From the IMG/VR virus record IMGVR_UViG_3300028585_000010, positions 1 to 42,976 of that record: a stretch of 42,976 nucleotides of DNA; one strand, given 5' to 3'. The notes below the pieces were generated by a model that was not told where the DNA came from, searched no databases, and was given only the letters and a program-made list of their open reading frames with translations. Source of the DNA: a virus. Lineage: Duplodnaviria > Caudoviricetes. Made by a program: the position numbers and the translations under genes. Positions 42,872-42,976 of the stretch are shown here, piece after piece (the first letter of the stretch is position 1; every line of letters starts with the position of its first letter).

Positions 42872-42976
42872 TTCTCTTTCTCCCTTGTTTTATTGGTCGG
42901 TCTTCTTGCGCCTAGGCTTACTACCCGCTGCCCTAGCTTCCTCGCTAGTGAAGCGATGCGCTACCCCTTTGGCGCT
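42850..42976. repeat. Exact terminal direct repeat (copy 2)
   Basis: Identical to 1-127. Confidence 0.95.

Noticed and set aside
42850-42976. 127-bp terminal repeat as a biological direct terminal repeat
   Set aside because: Length matches a common assembler k-mer, it interrupts genes, and the terminase is of the cos type; treated as a circularisation artefact

Overview
The window is an apparently complete, circularly assembled siphovirus genome of about 42,849 bp; bases 1-127 are repeated exactly at 42850-42976, consistent with an assembler k-mer overlap. It has a lambdoid/HK97-like layout. A leftward early arm carries an XRE-HTH gene, a RecT-like annealase, a YqaJ exonuclease, NinB, a KGG protein and a glycine-zipper lipoprotein. 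A rightward arm carries a methyltransferase, NinG, wHTH proteins, an SF2 helicase, a Zn/TOPRIM primase, a Lar/MazG-like mosaic gene and NinX. Two HNH genes follow, then terminase, portal, protease, HK97 capsid, two large predicted carbohydrate-active proteins, neck and tail genes with a -1 frameshifted chaperone, tape measure, a very compact tail tip, and lysis genes (holin, endolysin, embedded spanins). I recognised no integrase, partition system or CI-type repressor. A betaproteobacterial (Oxalobacteraceae-like) host is my impression only. The most notable unexplained elements are: (1) a 45-aa peptide missing from the ORF track, with two synonymous-diverged AGNGNPPPKD copies, heading an operon of two extra membrane proteins plus the lysis genes; (2) two C4-antisense-like RNAs with the same fold but different loop/target sequences; (3) a ~370-nt structured non-coding region with tRNA-like domains; (4) a lyase-like plus SGNH-esterase module between capsid and neck genes. 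All family assignments come from motif recognition by eye, not database searches.
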